From Flexilinea sp. (lineage in GTDB: Bacteria > Chloroflexota > Anaerolineae > Anaerolineales > Anaerolineaceae), in the NCBI GenBank assembly GCA_034430135.1, contig DAOUFB010000032.1:1-53568 (forward strand): a DNA stretch of 53,568 nucleotides. Reading direction: 5' to 3'. Below, piece after piece: positions 19,560 to 29,862 of the stretch. Below the pieces are notes generated by a model, which searched no databases, was not told where the DNA came from, and was given only the letters and a program-made list of their open reading frames with translations. The translations under genes were made by a program, and so were the position numbers. The number at the start of each line of letters is the position of its first letter. Positions within the stretch are counted from its first letter, which is position 1.

Positions 19560-21422
19560 ATGACGGAACTCAAGACATCCCAAAGCTTCCGGACTGCGCG
19601 GCGGATAACGCTCGCGCTCGGGAGCTTTTCCGCGTTTCTCGCCATCCTCCCCGCTAACCTTTACCACCGCATAGGCAATTCGCTCGCCGCGGACGGGCAG
19701 CTCGAGCTGCTGACCGAAGCGCTGATCCGGGCGCTCCGCCTTGGGTTCGGGTTCATCGCGATCGTCTTCTTCGCGCTGACGATTTTCGCTTTCTTTGATT
19801 CAGGACACGCAGAAAGCGCGTTCCGGTCATGGCTCGGCGCCATTCGCGCCTTTCCGGAAAACCTCCGTTCGGATCGCCGCGCTCTGCTCCGGTCAGCCCG
19901 CGCTGCATTAAAAATCGCCAATCCGTCGACCCGCCTCTGGTTCATACTGATCTGCCTCTTTGGCTTCGTGCTTCGCGCCGCGCTCCTGAACCGCCCGATA
20001 ACGCATGACGAAGCTTATACCGTGGTCACCTGGTCGTCGGGGTCGCTCCGCTACGCCGTCAGCAATTATCATCTCCCGAATAATCATATCTTCCATACCG
20101 TCGCCGTCTGGCTCATCTATCATCTCCTCGGAAATACGCCAACGCTGATTCGGATACCCGCGTTCCTCGCGGGATTCGCGCTGATTCCCGCGGTTTTTTA
20201 TCTCGGGAGACGACGTTCCGGCGACGCAGCCGCGCTCCTTGGCGCCTTCCTGACCGCGGTCAGCTCGTTCCTCATCGATTACGCTTCCCTCGCGCGCGGA
20301 TACAGCTTCTTTGCCCTCTGCGCCGTCCTTTTTTTCCTCCTCGGCGATCCGCTCCTTCATCGGCGGAATCGTGCGCTTGAAATATGGCTTCCGATTCTCG
20401 CCGCGCTGAGTTTTTGGACCGTCCCGATGACGCTCTATCCCTTCGGCGCATGGTGCGTCGCATTCGCAGTTCAAGCGCTCTTCTTCGCTTCGCCGGACGC
20501 GCCGGTTAAAACGCGCATTCTTCGGCTCGCGCCGCTCCTCCGCGTCGGCGCTGCGGCGATTTTCTGGACGCTCCTGTTCTATGCGCCGCTGCTGCTTGAA
20601 TCAGGGACTGCGCCGCTGTTCGATAACGTCTTCGTGCGCCCGCTTCCACCGGATGATTTTCCGCCCACGATGATTTCGCGGCTGATCGACTTTTGGAACG
20701 TTTGGCGCGAGGGTCTCGGCACGAATCTCGCCGCACTGCTCCTTGCCGCCGCCGTATTCTCCATGGGGTTCGCGCTTTTCAGCCATCGGTTCCCGCCGAT
20801 CGCCGCCTGCCTGCTCTGGGTCGTTCCGCTCGTCCTGATCCGCCGCCCAAATCTTTGGACAAGAACGCTAATCTTCTTATTTCCGTTCATCTACCTCGCC
20901 GCCAGCGATGGTCTCGTTCGCCTCTTTACGTTGATATGCGCGTTGTTTCCCGCCCGCTTCCGGCGCAGCCTGACGATCGCGGCAATCACGTTGGCAGCCA
21001 TTAGCGCGGTACTTCTATCAGCCGCCGCGGTTCAGCGAACCCGGTCGATCGCCGCGTTGAAAAGTCCGCACGAGCGCGCAGTCCGGACAATCCTGACCGA
21101 TCCTGCGCCCAGCGATGGGATTTATTTCGCCGTTGCGCCGGAAGACGACGCCGCGCTCTGGTACTACGCAGATCGCTATAAACTTCCGAAACGGCTATTC
21201 GATCGGAATCGACCGTTTTCGGTCGTCTACGTTTACGTCAACTCGGAGAACGCCGGATTTGAAGAGCCGCGAACCGTCGAAGAACTCATCGAACGCTACG
21301 GTCCCGGCGGGTCATTCCTCGATTGGACCACGCGCGAAACGATCTGGGCTGAACCGCCGACCGCCGAGCTGATCCGCTTTGGCGCGAACGACCGCGTCAT
21401 CCGCGAAACGTTTCAGAAATAA
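19560..21422 (+). CDS. GT-C fold membrane glycosyltransferase (ArnT/PMT_2-like)
   Basis: Polytopic; ITHDEAYT loop, PNNH, R.PA..AG and ARGYS motifs. Confidence 0.8.
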   Translation: MTELKTSQSFRTARRITLALGSFSAFLAILPANLYHRIGNSLAADGQLELLTEALIRALRLGFGFIAIVFFALTIFAFFDSGHAESAFRSWLGAIRAFPENLRSDRRALLRSARAALKIANPSTRLWFILICLFGFVLRAALLNRPITHDEAYTVVTWSSGSLRYAVSNYHLPNNHIFHTVAVWLIYHLLGNTPTLIRIPAFLAGFALIPAVFYLGRRRSGDAAALLGAFLTAVSSFLIDYASLARGYSFFALCAVLFFLLGDPLLHRRNRALEIWLPILAALSFWTVPMTLYPFGAWCVAFAVQALFFASPDAPVKTRILRLAPLLRVGAAAIFWTLLFYAPLLLESGTAPLFDNVFVRPLPPDDFPPTMISRLIDFWNVWREGLGTNLAALLLAAAVFSMGFALFSHRFPPIAACLLWVVPLVLIRRPNLWTRTLIFLFPFIYLAASDGLVRLFTLICALFPARFRRSLTIAAITLAAISAVLLSAAAVQRTRSIAALKSPHERAVRTILTDPAPSDGIYFAVAPEDDAALWYYADRYKLPKRLFDRNRPFSVVYVYVNSENAGFEEPRTVEELIERYGPGGSFLDWTTRETIWAEPPTAELIRFGANDRVIRETFQK

Positions 21423-21476
21423 TGAAAACGCAGAGAACCAAATCCGCATCCTCACTATAAAACCAGAAAAATAAAA

Positions 21477-21535
21477 CGAGGGATTGAATCATGGCGGCTC
21501 AGAATAGAGCAAGCCGTAAATGATCCAATCCCTCG
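21477..21535. terminator. Long imperfect hairpin between convergent genes
   Basis: cgagggattg...caatccctcg outer stem with nested inner stems. Confidence 0.55.
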
Positions 21536-21553
21536 AAACGTTCGCTTTAGCGC

Positions 21554-23062
21554 TTAGCGGTTTCCGCGATTCCGATTATTTCCCTTATCGCGGTTATAGC
21601 CGCCGCGGTTTCCACTGAACGGTCGATCCTCGCCGCCCGTCCGCTCTTTTCGTCCGCCGTCAAAATTCCGCTTGGAGCGGGATTCCCCACCCCAACCCGG
21701 ACGGTCGCTCCGTTCGAATGATTTCCGATCTGAGCGTTCTTCCGAACGATAGAACTTTCCTTGAGACAGATTCGGTTTTCGATCTGAGCGTTCTCCTGAA
21801 CGATAGGGCTTTCCTTGAGACGGATTCGATTTTCGATCTGGGCGTTCTCCTAAACGATAAGGGTTTCCCTCTGACTGAACCGGTTTTCCCTCGGATCGTT
21901 CTTCCGACCAGCTCGATTTCCGCGCTGAACGCTCGTCCTGACGATAAGGTTTTCCCTCCGTTCGGTACGGTTTTCGTTCAGGGCGGTTCTCCCCAAATCG
22001 GCGCATCGGGCTTTCGCCCTGTTCGTTTCGCCGTCCGCCTCCGAACGCACCGCGGTCTTCCCGGTCATTGAACGAATCACGCCGTGAATTTCCGCTATCA
22101 TCCTCACGCCAGAAACGATCGTTGCGTTCGAACGATTTTCGTTCCGGACGTTCGCCCTGTCCATAGGGTTTTCCCTCCGGACGGTACGGCTTTTGAGCGG
22201 GACGATCCGGGCGTCCGCTGGAGCGGAAGGGCTTTGCCTCAGAACGATACGGTTTTTCCGCGGATGGCGACGCGCCGAAATTTGACCGCCGCGCCGCCGG
22301 TCGGCTGACCGAGCCACCCGCTTTCGGCAGGGAGACCGACTTTCCAGCCGCCAAATCTTTCAGCTCACGGACTTCCGACGTCTTTAAATACGCCCATTCG
22401 CGCGATTGAAGCTGCCCTAATTGCAGCGTTCCAATCCGAACGCGGATCAGCTTCACAACCGGCAGTCCGATCGTTCGGCAGATTTCACGAATTTCACGCT
22501 TTCGCCCTTCGCGAAGCGTTACCCGGAGCCAGGCGCCTTCGCCCTGCTGACGGATGACCGCGACTTTCGCCGGCGCCGTCCGTTCGCCGTTTTCTAAAAC
22601 GACCCCGCGTTTCCAGGCTTCCAGCTGCCGATCGTCCGGTCGTTTCGCGACTAAAACTTTATATTCCTTTTCCTGCTCGAAGCGCGGATGGGTCAGTTTA
22701 TTCGCCAGATCCCCGTCGTTCGTCATCAGGACGAGACCTTCCGATTCAAAATCGAGCCGACCAACGACAAAAAGCGATTCCGAATTCGGAACGAGACCGT
22801 AAACGGTCTGGCGGGCGTCGTTTTCAACCCGGTCGCAGAGGACAAAACGCGGTTTATTAACCGCAATATAAACCTTTTCAGGTTCCTGGTAATTGAGCAG
22901 GATACCGTCAACACGGATCTGGTCTTTTTCGGGATCTGTCTTCGTCCCTAAAACCGCTAATTCGCCGTTAACCGTTACGCGCTGCGCCTCGATAAATTCT
23001 TCGCATTCGCGCCTTGAGCCAAAACCGGCTCGAGATAATACCTTTTGTAATCTTTCTTCCAT
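21554..23062 (-). CDS. rluB: RsuA/RluB-family pseudouridine synthase with S4 domain and long charged C-terminal tail
   Basis: ERLQKVL..AG..SRR, NKP, VGRLD, EGRKREIR, RVRIG. Confidence 0.88.
   Translation of the reverse strand: MEERLQKVLSRAGFGSRRECEEFIEAQRVTVNGELAVLGTKTDPEKDQIRVDGILLNYQEPEKVYIAVNKPRFVLCDRVENDARQTVYGLVPNSESLFVVGRLDFESEGLVLMTNDGDLANKLTHPRFEQEKEYKVLVAKRPDDRQLEAWKRGVVLENGERTAPAKVAVIRQQGEGAWLRVTLREGRKREIREICRTIGLPVVKLIRVRIGTLQLGQLQSREWAYLKTSEVRELKDLAAGKSVSLPKAGGSVSRPAARRSNFGASPSAEKPYRSEAKPFRSSGRPDRPAQKPYRPEGKPYGQGERPERKSFERNDRFWREDDSGNSRRDSFNDREDRGAFGGGRRNEQGESPMRRFGENRPERKPYRTEGKPYRQDERSARKSSWSEERSEGKPVQSEGNPYRLGERPDRKSNPSQGKPYRSGERSDRKPNLSQGKFYRSEERSDRKSFERSDRPGWGGESRSKRNFDGGRKERTGGEDRPFSGNRGGYNRDKGNNRNRGNR
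21722..21890 (-). repeat. About three degenerate 54-bp tandem repeats (18 aa, e.g. ERSDRKPNLSQGKFYRSE) in the rluB tail
   Basis: cgatctgagcgttct..cgatag..ctttccttgagac recurs at a 54-nt period. Confidence 0.85.
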
Positions 23063-23274
23063 ACAACACTTTCAACGTACTGATAATAAATCGACTTTCA
23101 CAAGCCGTTGCCCCGCGATCGGTTCACGAACGATAAGCTTGATTATTGTACTTTATCATGCCCCGCTTTGCGCCGCCCCCGCGTCCGTTCCATGAAAAGA
23201 GGTTAAAAAACGAGACTCCCTCTCCATTCCTGCGAAAGCAAGCCTCATCATCACCGTTCACGAACCTCAACGGA

Positions 23275-24183
23275 TTAAATCATGCGTTTAAGTTGATCCT
23301 TAAGGAATTTCTCATGCGGCATCGCGAAATTCCCCGTCACCGTTTCCCCGCGCCGAACCGTTCCGGCAACAACCGCGCCTAAACTGATCCGCGCGCCATC
23401 GCCAACGCGAACCTCCGATGAAACGGTCGCGTTCGGTCCAATCCAGACGTCCGCCCCAATTCGCGCCGATCCGCCGATGACCGCACCCGCCGCGATCAGC
23501 GTCCGCTCCCCGATCGAAACCCCATGCGCAACGTGTGCCAAACTCTCGATCTTTGTCTGAGCGCCGATCCGTGTCTCGTCCCAGGGGAAAAGCGAGCGGG
23601 ACACGTTACAGTTGTATTGAATTTCGACGTTTTCGCCAATCGTGAGCCAACCCGCGTGCGTCACCGGTAATATCCCATTCTGCAACCGCATAAATTCAAG
23701 CCCCGTCCCGCCGAGAACCGTGCCGCTCCGGATAATCGATCCTGCGCCAATTCGAGTATTTTCCTTTATCGAAACGAACGCCTCAATTTCGACGTTTTCG
23801 CCGATCTCGATATTTCGCGCCCCGATCTCCGCCAAGGGTGAAACGCGCGCAGACGGCGAAATACGGGTCGCGAAACCTGAGCGCAGGTACTCTGCTTCCC
23901 GTTCGAGGACGAGACGATTATGCAGCTCGAAAAAATCACGCCGCAAGTCCGGAACCACGACGACGCCGCGATCCATATCGCGCAGCAGTTCCGACTCCGC
24001 GAGCGTTTCAGGAATCATCAGCGCGTGAACGTCGGGATTCAACAATGCCGTTTTCAAAAATTTTTCACCACCAGCGAACGTCAGAATCGGGCATCCCGCC
24101 GATGCGCCGCATAAACCCAAAGACGTAAATTCACCGTCCCGAAGGACCGTCCAGCCCGCTTTCGTTACATCGCTTATTCGCAT
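23275..24183 (-). CDS. LpxD-like hexapeptide-repeat N-acyltransferase
   Basis: Left-handed beta-helix repeats (IGENVEI, IGAGSII, AHVAHGVSIG); GGTGLEF loop; LpxD-like N-terminal domain. Confidence 0.8.
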   Translation of the reverse strand: MRISDVTKAGWTVLRDGEFTSLGLCGASAGCPILTFAGGEKFLKTALLNPDVHALMIPETLAESELLRDMDRGVVVVPDLRRDFFELHNRLVLEREAEYLRSGFATRISPSARVSPLAEIGARNIEIGENVEIEAFVSIKENTRIGAGSIIRSGTVLGGTGLEFMRLQNGILPVTHAGWLTIGENVEIQYNCNVSRSLFPWDETRIGAQTKIESLAHVAHGVSIGERTLIAAGAVIGGSARIGADVWIGPNATVSSEVRVGDGARISLGAVVAGTVRRGETVTGNFAMPHEKFLKDQLKRMI

Positions 24184-24893
24184 AATTCCTCGATCCAACC
24201 CCATTCAAACCCAGATTTTCGCGCTTCGGCGGTGATCCTGCGGAGAAAAGCCATCGCGCCCTCTTCCGCCGACGGATTAACCTGCGCCCCGAGACGCTGA
24301 AAATCGCCATGAACCGCGCGCGAATCTTCGTAGCGCGTCATCGACTCCGTATTGAGAAAGAGATGAATCGGATGAAAATTAAAAACTTTCAATCCGTCCG
24401 CATCCAGCCAGAGATGATCCTCCGGTGAAATTTTTTTCGTCTCATAGCAATACGCGTCGTCTTCATAGAAATAGGGAACGCGCGTCAACCCGCTGAAATG
24501 ACGAAACGGACGCAGCGTCAACCCAGATGAAAACGGGATAAATAAATTTGAATCGCCGATAAGCCCCCGTGCCGCGAATTCGTTCAGAATACAAGTCGCG
24601 TCAACGAGCCCATGCGAACGCCCTATCTTCGCTTCCGGAACGAGCTTTATCAATGCGTCAATCGTTTCGCGATAGTCGCCGCGGTCCGGTTTCGCGTTCA
24701 GGAGCGGATAAAAATTCGGATGAATCCCGAGCCGGATCCGCGGATTCGCCCGCATTCGAGCCAATAACTTCGTATCATGCGTCAGAAAAATCGTGACCGG
24801 AAGACATTCCGCTTCGAAAAAATCGAGCGTAAAACTCAAAATATCGTCCGACGCCCAGTCGGTGTCCATCGTCAAATAAGCGCGCCGCTTCAT
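24174..24893 (-). CDS. WbmS-like polysaccharide deacetylase/deformylase
   Basis: TMDTDWA, GIHPNF, RSH, FNFHPIH motifs. Confidence 0.75.
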   Translation of the reverse strand: MKRRAYLTMDTDWASDDILSFTLDFFEAECLPVTIFLTHDTKLLARMRANPRIRLGIHPNFYPLLNAKPDRGDYRETIDALIKLVPEAKIGRSHGLVDATCILNEFAARGLIGDSNLFIPFSSGLTLRPFRHFSGLTRVPYFYEDDAYCYETKKISPEDHLWLDADGLKVFNFHPIHLFLNTESMTRYEDSRAVHGDFQRLGAQVNPSAEEGAMAFLRRITAEARKSGFEWGWIEELCE

Positions 24894-25951
24894 GAACTCA
24901 GCGCCTCCGCTGGAATAAAAACCTCGTCAAGTCCGCGCAAAATGACGCCCTCGCGGTAGGGGAAATGCGGTTCGATTGTCTCGCCGAGCAGGTGTTTCCG
25001 AATCAGGATGTCCGGTTCGTTATACCCGACCATCGCGCGGAACGAGGATGTCCCCGAATACCGCGGGTTAATTTCGAAAACGTTCGCTTTTCCGTCGACG
25101 AAACGCAGCTGAATGTTGATCGCCGAGCGCGTCCCGAGCGCCAGCGCAATTTCTTCGCACTGCGCCGTGACGTCGTCGTAACGCCCGATCGCTCCCTGCG
25201 TGATCCCATTGCTGATCACTAAAAGTTCATCGCGGAAACGGCTCTTAATTTTCATCCGGCAGCTCAACGCCGAGAGGATATTTTTCCTGACCGCAATCGA
25301 ATTAATCAAATTGCCGTCCATGTCGCAGAGCACGCCCACGGTGTATTCACATTCCGCATTGCCGACGTACTGTTGAACGATAAACTCCGAGTAAATGCGC
25401 AGCATCCACTCCCCAAACAGCCGCAGCTCGTCCGCGTCCTGTGCCAAAAACGTATTCGCCGACCCGCCGCCGCCAATCGACGGTTTTAGAACCGCCGGAA
25501 ACCACGGGACACGCGCTAAATCTTCGCTCGAACGAATGGTCACCGTATGCGGATATGCGAAACCATGTGCGTCTAAAAACGCCATCGTCTTTGACTTGTC
25601 CATGCAGGTTTCGATCACGCGAGCCGGGTTCATCGGCAGGAAGATCCCTTCCGCGCGGATCGCGTCCTGAACCGCGCTGACCCGTTTCAGCTCCGGTTCC
25701 GACCCCGTGAACAGGGCGTCTACCCGGAACGCACGGCAGGCATGAAGCAGCGCATCAAGATAATCCGGAGCGGACGCGGGCGGTAAGATAACGCGTTCAT
25801 CCGTTAAAAAAAGCCCTTTCGAAAGCGGCGTCATATCTGCGCCGATAATTCGATAATTCGTCTCTGCGGCACGGAGCGCTTTGACCAGCTGCTCGCCGTT
25901 CCCGCCGCCGCCGACGCCCGTCACCAATACGCGTATTTCCTCTCGGTTCAT
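24890..25951 (-). CDS. ATP-grasp ligase (carbamoyl-phosphate-synthase-like family found in sugar loci)
   Basis: VLVTGVGGG, DKSKT, LKP..GGGS, QQYV..EYTV, FEINPRYSG. Confidence 0.88.
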   Translation of the reverse strand: MNREEIRVLVTGVGGGGNGEQLVKALRAAETNYRIIGADMTPLSKGLFLTDERVILPPASAPDYLDALLHACRAFRVDALFTGSEPELKRVSAVQDAIRAEGIFLPMNPARVIETCMDKSKTMAFLDAHGFAYPHTVTIRSSEDLARVPWFPAVLKPSIGGGGSANTFLAQDADELRLFGEWMLRIYSEFIVQQYVGNAECEYTVGVLCDMDGNLINSIAVRKNILSALSCRMKIKSRFRDELLVISNGITQGAIGRYDDVTAQCEEIALALGTRSAINIQLRFVDGKANVFEINPRYSGTSSFRAMVGYNEPDILIRKHLLGETIEPHFPYREGVILRGLDEVFIPAEALSS

Positions 25952-25972
25952 ATCCTTTTCCTTCGCCTGATT

Positions 25973-26659
25973 TCATCGACGCATTCCGGAACCCGTCCGC
26001 AATATGCAAGCCCAAACCGATTCATGCACATCCGGCTTGAGCGGAAAAACCCTGTCAATGCCCAACGTCAACCGCTGAATCGTGACCTGTCCCGATTCCG
26101 TGTCAAACTCCGCCCAGCTCGGCGCGCAGCCCACATCGCGCGGCAGTCCGACCGATCCGACGTTAACCACGGTCGTGTGCTCGTTAACCCGTATCCATGG
26201 ACGATGCGTCTGACCCATAAAAAGAAAGTCCGTATCTTCCCGCGAAAAAGCCGCCGCCGGACTCTCCTCCGTTCCATAGCCAAAAAGCGGATCCTGCGGC
26301 GTTCCATGAACGAACCAGCACCTCCGCCCATCGATCGTTCGTCGTACCGACGGGGATCGCGCCAGAATTTCCACCCGCTCCTCCGCGGTCAGTTCGTCCC
26401 GAACACGAGTCAGCCGGTAAACCGCGTCCTTCGTTCCGTCGATCGGCGCAGCGCCCGCCGCCATCGCGTCATGATTCCCCATCAGCATGAGGCTGCTAAG
26501 CGAGGCGATCCGCGTCAACGCCGCGCGCCAGTCGGGGAAATACCCAACTGCGTCGCCTAAAAAGACATATTGATCAAAACCGCGCGTTTCCCAAACGTCC
26601 AAACAAGCATTCAGGTAGGCAGTATTGCCATGGACGTCGGAGAAAACGCAAACTTTCAC
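25973..26659 (-). CDS. Metallophosphoesterase (calcineurin-like)
   Basis: SDVHGN, LGDAVGY, GNHD, HG, GQTH, NVGSVG.PRD; GTG start. Confidence 0.9.
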   Translation of the reverse strand: MKVCVFSDVHGNTAYLNACLDVWETRGFDQYVFLGDAVGYFPDWRAALTRIASLSSLMLMGNHDAMAAGAAPIDGTKDAVYRLTRVRDELTAEERVEILARSPSVRRTIDGRRCWFVHGTPQDPLFGYGTEESPAAAFSREDTDFLFMGQTHRPWIRVNEHTTVVNVGSVGLPRDVGCAPSWAEFDTESGQVTIQRLTLGIDRVFPLKPDVHESVWACILRTGSGMRR

Positions 26660-26671
26660 CGCACCCGCCGT

Positions 26672-27640
26672 TTACAGATGGACCTTCGCTTTGTACCAGT
26701 CGAGCGTCTCTTTCAGCCCGCGGTCGAAATCAACTTCCGGCTCAAATCCAATCAGCCGCTTCGCCAACGCTGCGGACGCGCATAAGCGCTGGACATCCGC
26801 CGGACGCGCAGGGCGAAACTCAATCTCGCCGTCATAGCCAAAATACGCCGCGATGCGCTCGACGAGGCGCTTCATGGAAATTTCCTTGCCCGACCCGAGA
26901 TTGATAATCTGACCTCGCGTTGCCTCGCTCTCGTATGCCATCGCGAACGCGCGCGCCGTGTCCTTGACGAAAATAAAATCGCGCGTCTGTTCGCCCGTGC
27001 CCTCGATGATGGGTTTTTCCCCGGAGAGAATGCGCCGCGCCGTCAGCGGGATAATCGCCGCCAACGCCTGATCATTTTGCCTCGGTCCGTAGTTATTGAA
27101 CGGACGGACGATCGCGACGTCCAAGCCGTAGACCTTATGAAACGACTGAATCATCAAGTCCGCCGCCGCCTTTCCCGCGGCGTAAGGCGTCGTCGGTTCG
27201 AGCGGATGCGCCTCATCCATGGGTGAATAGCGCGCCGTCCCGTAAGCTTCCGACGACGACGAATGAATGAGCGTCTGAAATGCGCCCTCGACCTGAAGCC
27301 GGAGAAGCGTTTCCGCGATGTCGACGTTGACCTGATACGCGGTATACGGATTGAAAAATGAATAGTTGAGCGCGATCGTCGCTAAATTAAAAACGACTTC
27401 GATCCCTTCGTTTCGAATAATCGCCTGCATCGTACCCAAATCGCGCGCATCATCGCGATAAACTTTAAAGTTGGAATAGTTTGCGGCGGCGTGTGCATGA
27501 TTCTCGACTTTACCTAAAAAATAATTATCGATAATCACGACCTTACCCGCGCCCCGCTCGAGAAGCGTATCCGCTAAATGCGATCCGATAAAACCGGCGC
27601 CGCCGGTTATCAAAATATTCTTTCCCTTGATTTCAGCCAT
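26672..27640 (-). CDS. NAD-dependent nucleotide-sugar epimerase/dehydratase
   Basis: TGGAGFIGSHL, SSSEAYG, PYAAGK, RPFNNYGP. Confidence 0.93.
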   Translation of the reverse strand: MAEIKGKNILITGGAGFIGSHLADTLLERGAGKVVIIDNYFLGKVENHAHAAANYSNFKVYRDDARDLGTMQAIIRNEGIEVVFNLATIALNYSFFNPYTAYQVNVDIAETLLRLQVEGAFQTLIHSSSSEAYGTARYSPMDEAHPLEPTTPYAAGKAAADLMIQSFHKVYGLDVAIVRPFNNYGPRQNDQALAAIIPLTARRILSGEKPIIEGTGEQTRDFIFVKDTARAFAMAYESEATRGQIINLGSGKEISMKRLVERIAAYFGYDGEIEFRPARPADVQRLCASAALAKRLIGFEPEVDFDRGLKETLDWYKAKVHL

Positions 27641-28857
27641 TACGCAGCCGCCTTGATAATTTCTGCTAAAACGATGTCCTGCTCCTCTTCCGTCATTCCC
27701 ACGTACAGCGGGATCGCGATCGAAAGCTGGTCACAGGCATACGCCCCCGGTAAATCCTCGGGCTCATACCCGTATTTATCCCGATACACGCCGAGCATGT
27801 GCGTCGCGTGCGTTCCCTGACGCGTCGCGATACCGTTCAGCTCCAGCCGATCCATGACGCGGTTCCGAAATGCGTTTCCGTCCGCGACCGTCTCCAATCC
27901 CAGCGCCGCCAAATCCACCATGCAGCAATACGTCTGATATACGTGCGTATACCCAGCGGGAACGCTCGGCGGCGTCAGCCATGGAACGCGCTCCGGCAGG
28001 ATTCGATCATATCGCGCCGCCAACTTCATGCGTTCCGCCGTGATAAACTCAATCTTCTCCATCTGTGCCACGCCGACCGCAGCCTGAATATCGGTCATGC
28101 GGTAGTTGTAGCCGATTTCATTGAACTCAGGCAGTAAGTACCCCTTCGCCAGGTGGCGCTGAGTTTCAGAAAGTGACGCAGCATGGGATCGGATCTGGCG
28201 CAAATGCTCCGCCATGGATTGCGAATCCGTCAAAATCATGCCGCCCTCGCCGGTCGTAATCGACTTCCGCGGGTGAAAACTGAGCGCGGAGGGATTCCCA
28301 AAACCGCCCTCGTGAATTTCGCCGATCTTCGCCCCAAAAGCGCACGCGCTATCCTCAACAACACGCATGCCGTAATCACGCGCGATCCGATTGATCTCGG
28401 GAATATCGGCGCAAAGTCCAAAGAGATTGACCGGTACGATCCCCGCCAACCGATTTCCGGTCCGAATGTTTCGGAAAACCTTCTCTTCCTTCAAGTAGTT
28501 CGCCGCTAAGAATTTCACTAAGAACGGGATCGAGAGATTAAACGTCGCCGGGTCGACGTCGACGAGAACGGATGTCGCGCCGGTATACTCGACCGCATTC
28601 GGGGTCGCTACGAACGTAAAGGACGGAACGATGACGTCGTCTCCCGGACCGAACCCCATTTCCCGCATCAGCAGATGCAGCGCTGTCGTCGCGCTCGTCG
28701 TCGCGATCCCGTAAGCAACGCCCTCATGCGCCGCAACCAGTTTCTCAAATTCAGCGACACGCGATCCCTGCGCGACCCAGCCGCTTTTCAGCGTTTCGGC
28801 GACGAGTTCCGCTTCGCGTGAATCGAAAAACGGCTTCATAATCGGAATCTGACGCAT
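27640..28857 (-). CDS. DegT/DnrJ/EryC1/StrS sugar aminotransferase
   Basis: PSFTFVAT, EDSAC, SFHPRKSITTGEGG, GYNYRM. Confidence 0.95.
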   Translation of the reverse strand: MRQIPIMKPFFDSREAELVAETLKSGWVAQGSRVAEFEKLVAAHEGVAYGIATTSATTALHLLMREMGFGPGDDVIVPSFTFVATPNAVEYTGATSVLVDVDPATFNLSIPFLVKFLAANYLKEEKVFRNIRTGNRLAGIVPVNLFGLCADIPEINRIARDYGMRVVEDSACAFGAKIGEIHEGGFGNPSALSFHPRKSITTGEGGMILTDSQSMAEHLRQIRSHAASLSETQRHLAKGYLLPEFNEIGYNYRMTDIQAAVGVAQMEKIEFITAERMKLAARYDRILPERVPWLTPPSVPAGYTHVYQTYCCMVDLAALGLETVADGNAFRNRVMDRLELNGIATRQGTHATHMLGVYRDKYGYEPEDLPGAYACDQLSIAIPLYVGMTEEEQDIVLAEIIKAAA

Positions 28858-28859
28858 AT

Positions 28860-29855
28860 TTATCCCTTCCGTCCGCTCGCGTCTAATTTTTGCCGTGCGC
28901 GGTCTAAAATCCTGGCGATTTTGATCCCCTGCGCGCCGTCCGCGATGGACGGATGACCTGATTCAACGCAGTCTGCAAAATGCTCAATGCTGTTGCGGAG
29001 CGCATCCTGCGGAGCGATATACGGAATCGTAATATCGCCCGTCCGCGCCTTATACTCGTATGCGCCGTATTCTTCGCCGGTTTCGACGATCCCCTGATCG
29101 TAAATCGTCAGCTTATCAACCGTCTTCATATCGTCGAAAATAACCATCTTCTTCTCGCAGCCGATCATCATGCGCCGTTCCTTGATCGGAGAGATCCAGC
29201 TCGATTTGATATGCGCCAGGAACGTCGGATAGCGGAGCGTCAGGTACGTCAGTGTCTCCTGCTTCCCGTAGTGCGCCTCGCCGATCGCCTCGACATGATC
29301 CGGATATTCGCCGTCAGAGAGATAATCGATCACGGCTAAATCATGAACCGCTAAATCGAGCATGGCGTTCACATCTTTCCGAATCGGACCCAAATTCATC
29401 CGGGACACGTCCACGTAGATAAGCTTCCCTAACTCGCCGGAATCCAGCATCTCTTTAATACGCCGGATAATCGGATGAAACAGCATCAGGTGATCGATAT
29501 GCAGGATGCGCCCCGTTTTCAAAGCCAGCTCTGACAGAATTTCCGCTTTTTCCGCTGATTCCGCGACCGGTTTCTCAATGAATAAATGTTTTCCATGATT
29601 CAGAACCGCCCGTGCGACTTCAAACGATGGTTCGGTCTGAATCGCCAGCGAAACCGCGTCAATCGACGGATCGTTCAGAATGGATTCAATATCTGTTCCA
29701 ATCACGGGAACGGACGGATAAGCTTTCCGCGCCGCGTCGACGCGCTCCGTCCGCATATCGACAATCGCGCGCAAATCCGTCTTTTTGGACGCAGCAATGT
29801 TGCGAACCACATTCGTTCCCCAATACCCGTAACCAACATGCGCTATCTTCAACAT
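28860..29855 (-). CDS. Gfo/Idh/MocA oxidoreductase
   Basis: GYGYWG, EKP, DLAVHD. Confidence 0.93.
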   Translation of the reverse strand: MLKIAHVGYGYWGTNVVRNIAASKKTDLRAIVDMRTERVDAARKAYPSVPVIGTDIESILNDPSIDAVSLAIQTEPSFEVARAVLNHGKHLFIEKPVAESAEKAEILSELALKTGRILHIDHLMLFHPIIRRIKEMLDSGELGKLIYVDVSRMNLGPIRKDVNAMLDLAVHDLAVIDYLSDGEYPDHVEAIGEAHYGKQETLTYLTLRYPTFLAHIKSSWISPIKERRMMIGCEKKMVIFDDMKTVDKLTIYDQGIVETGEEYGAYEYKARTGDITIPYIAPQDALRNSIEHFADCVESGHPSIADGAQGIKIARILDRARQKLDASGRKG

Positions 29856-29862
29856 CTTTTTT

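Noticed and set aside
21722..21890. Possible CRISPR array
   Set aside because: Repeats are in-frame, degenerate coding duplications with no unique spacers and no cas genes.
23275..24183. lpxD as evidence of lipid A synthesis
   Set aside because: Its context is a nucleotide-sugar cluster, with no lpxA, lpxB, fabZ or bamA neighbours in the window.
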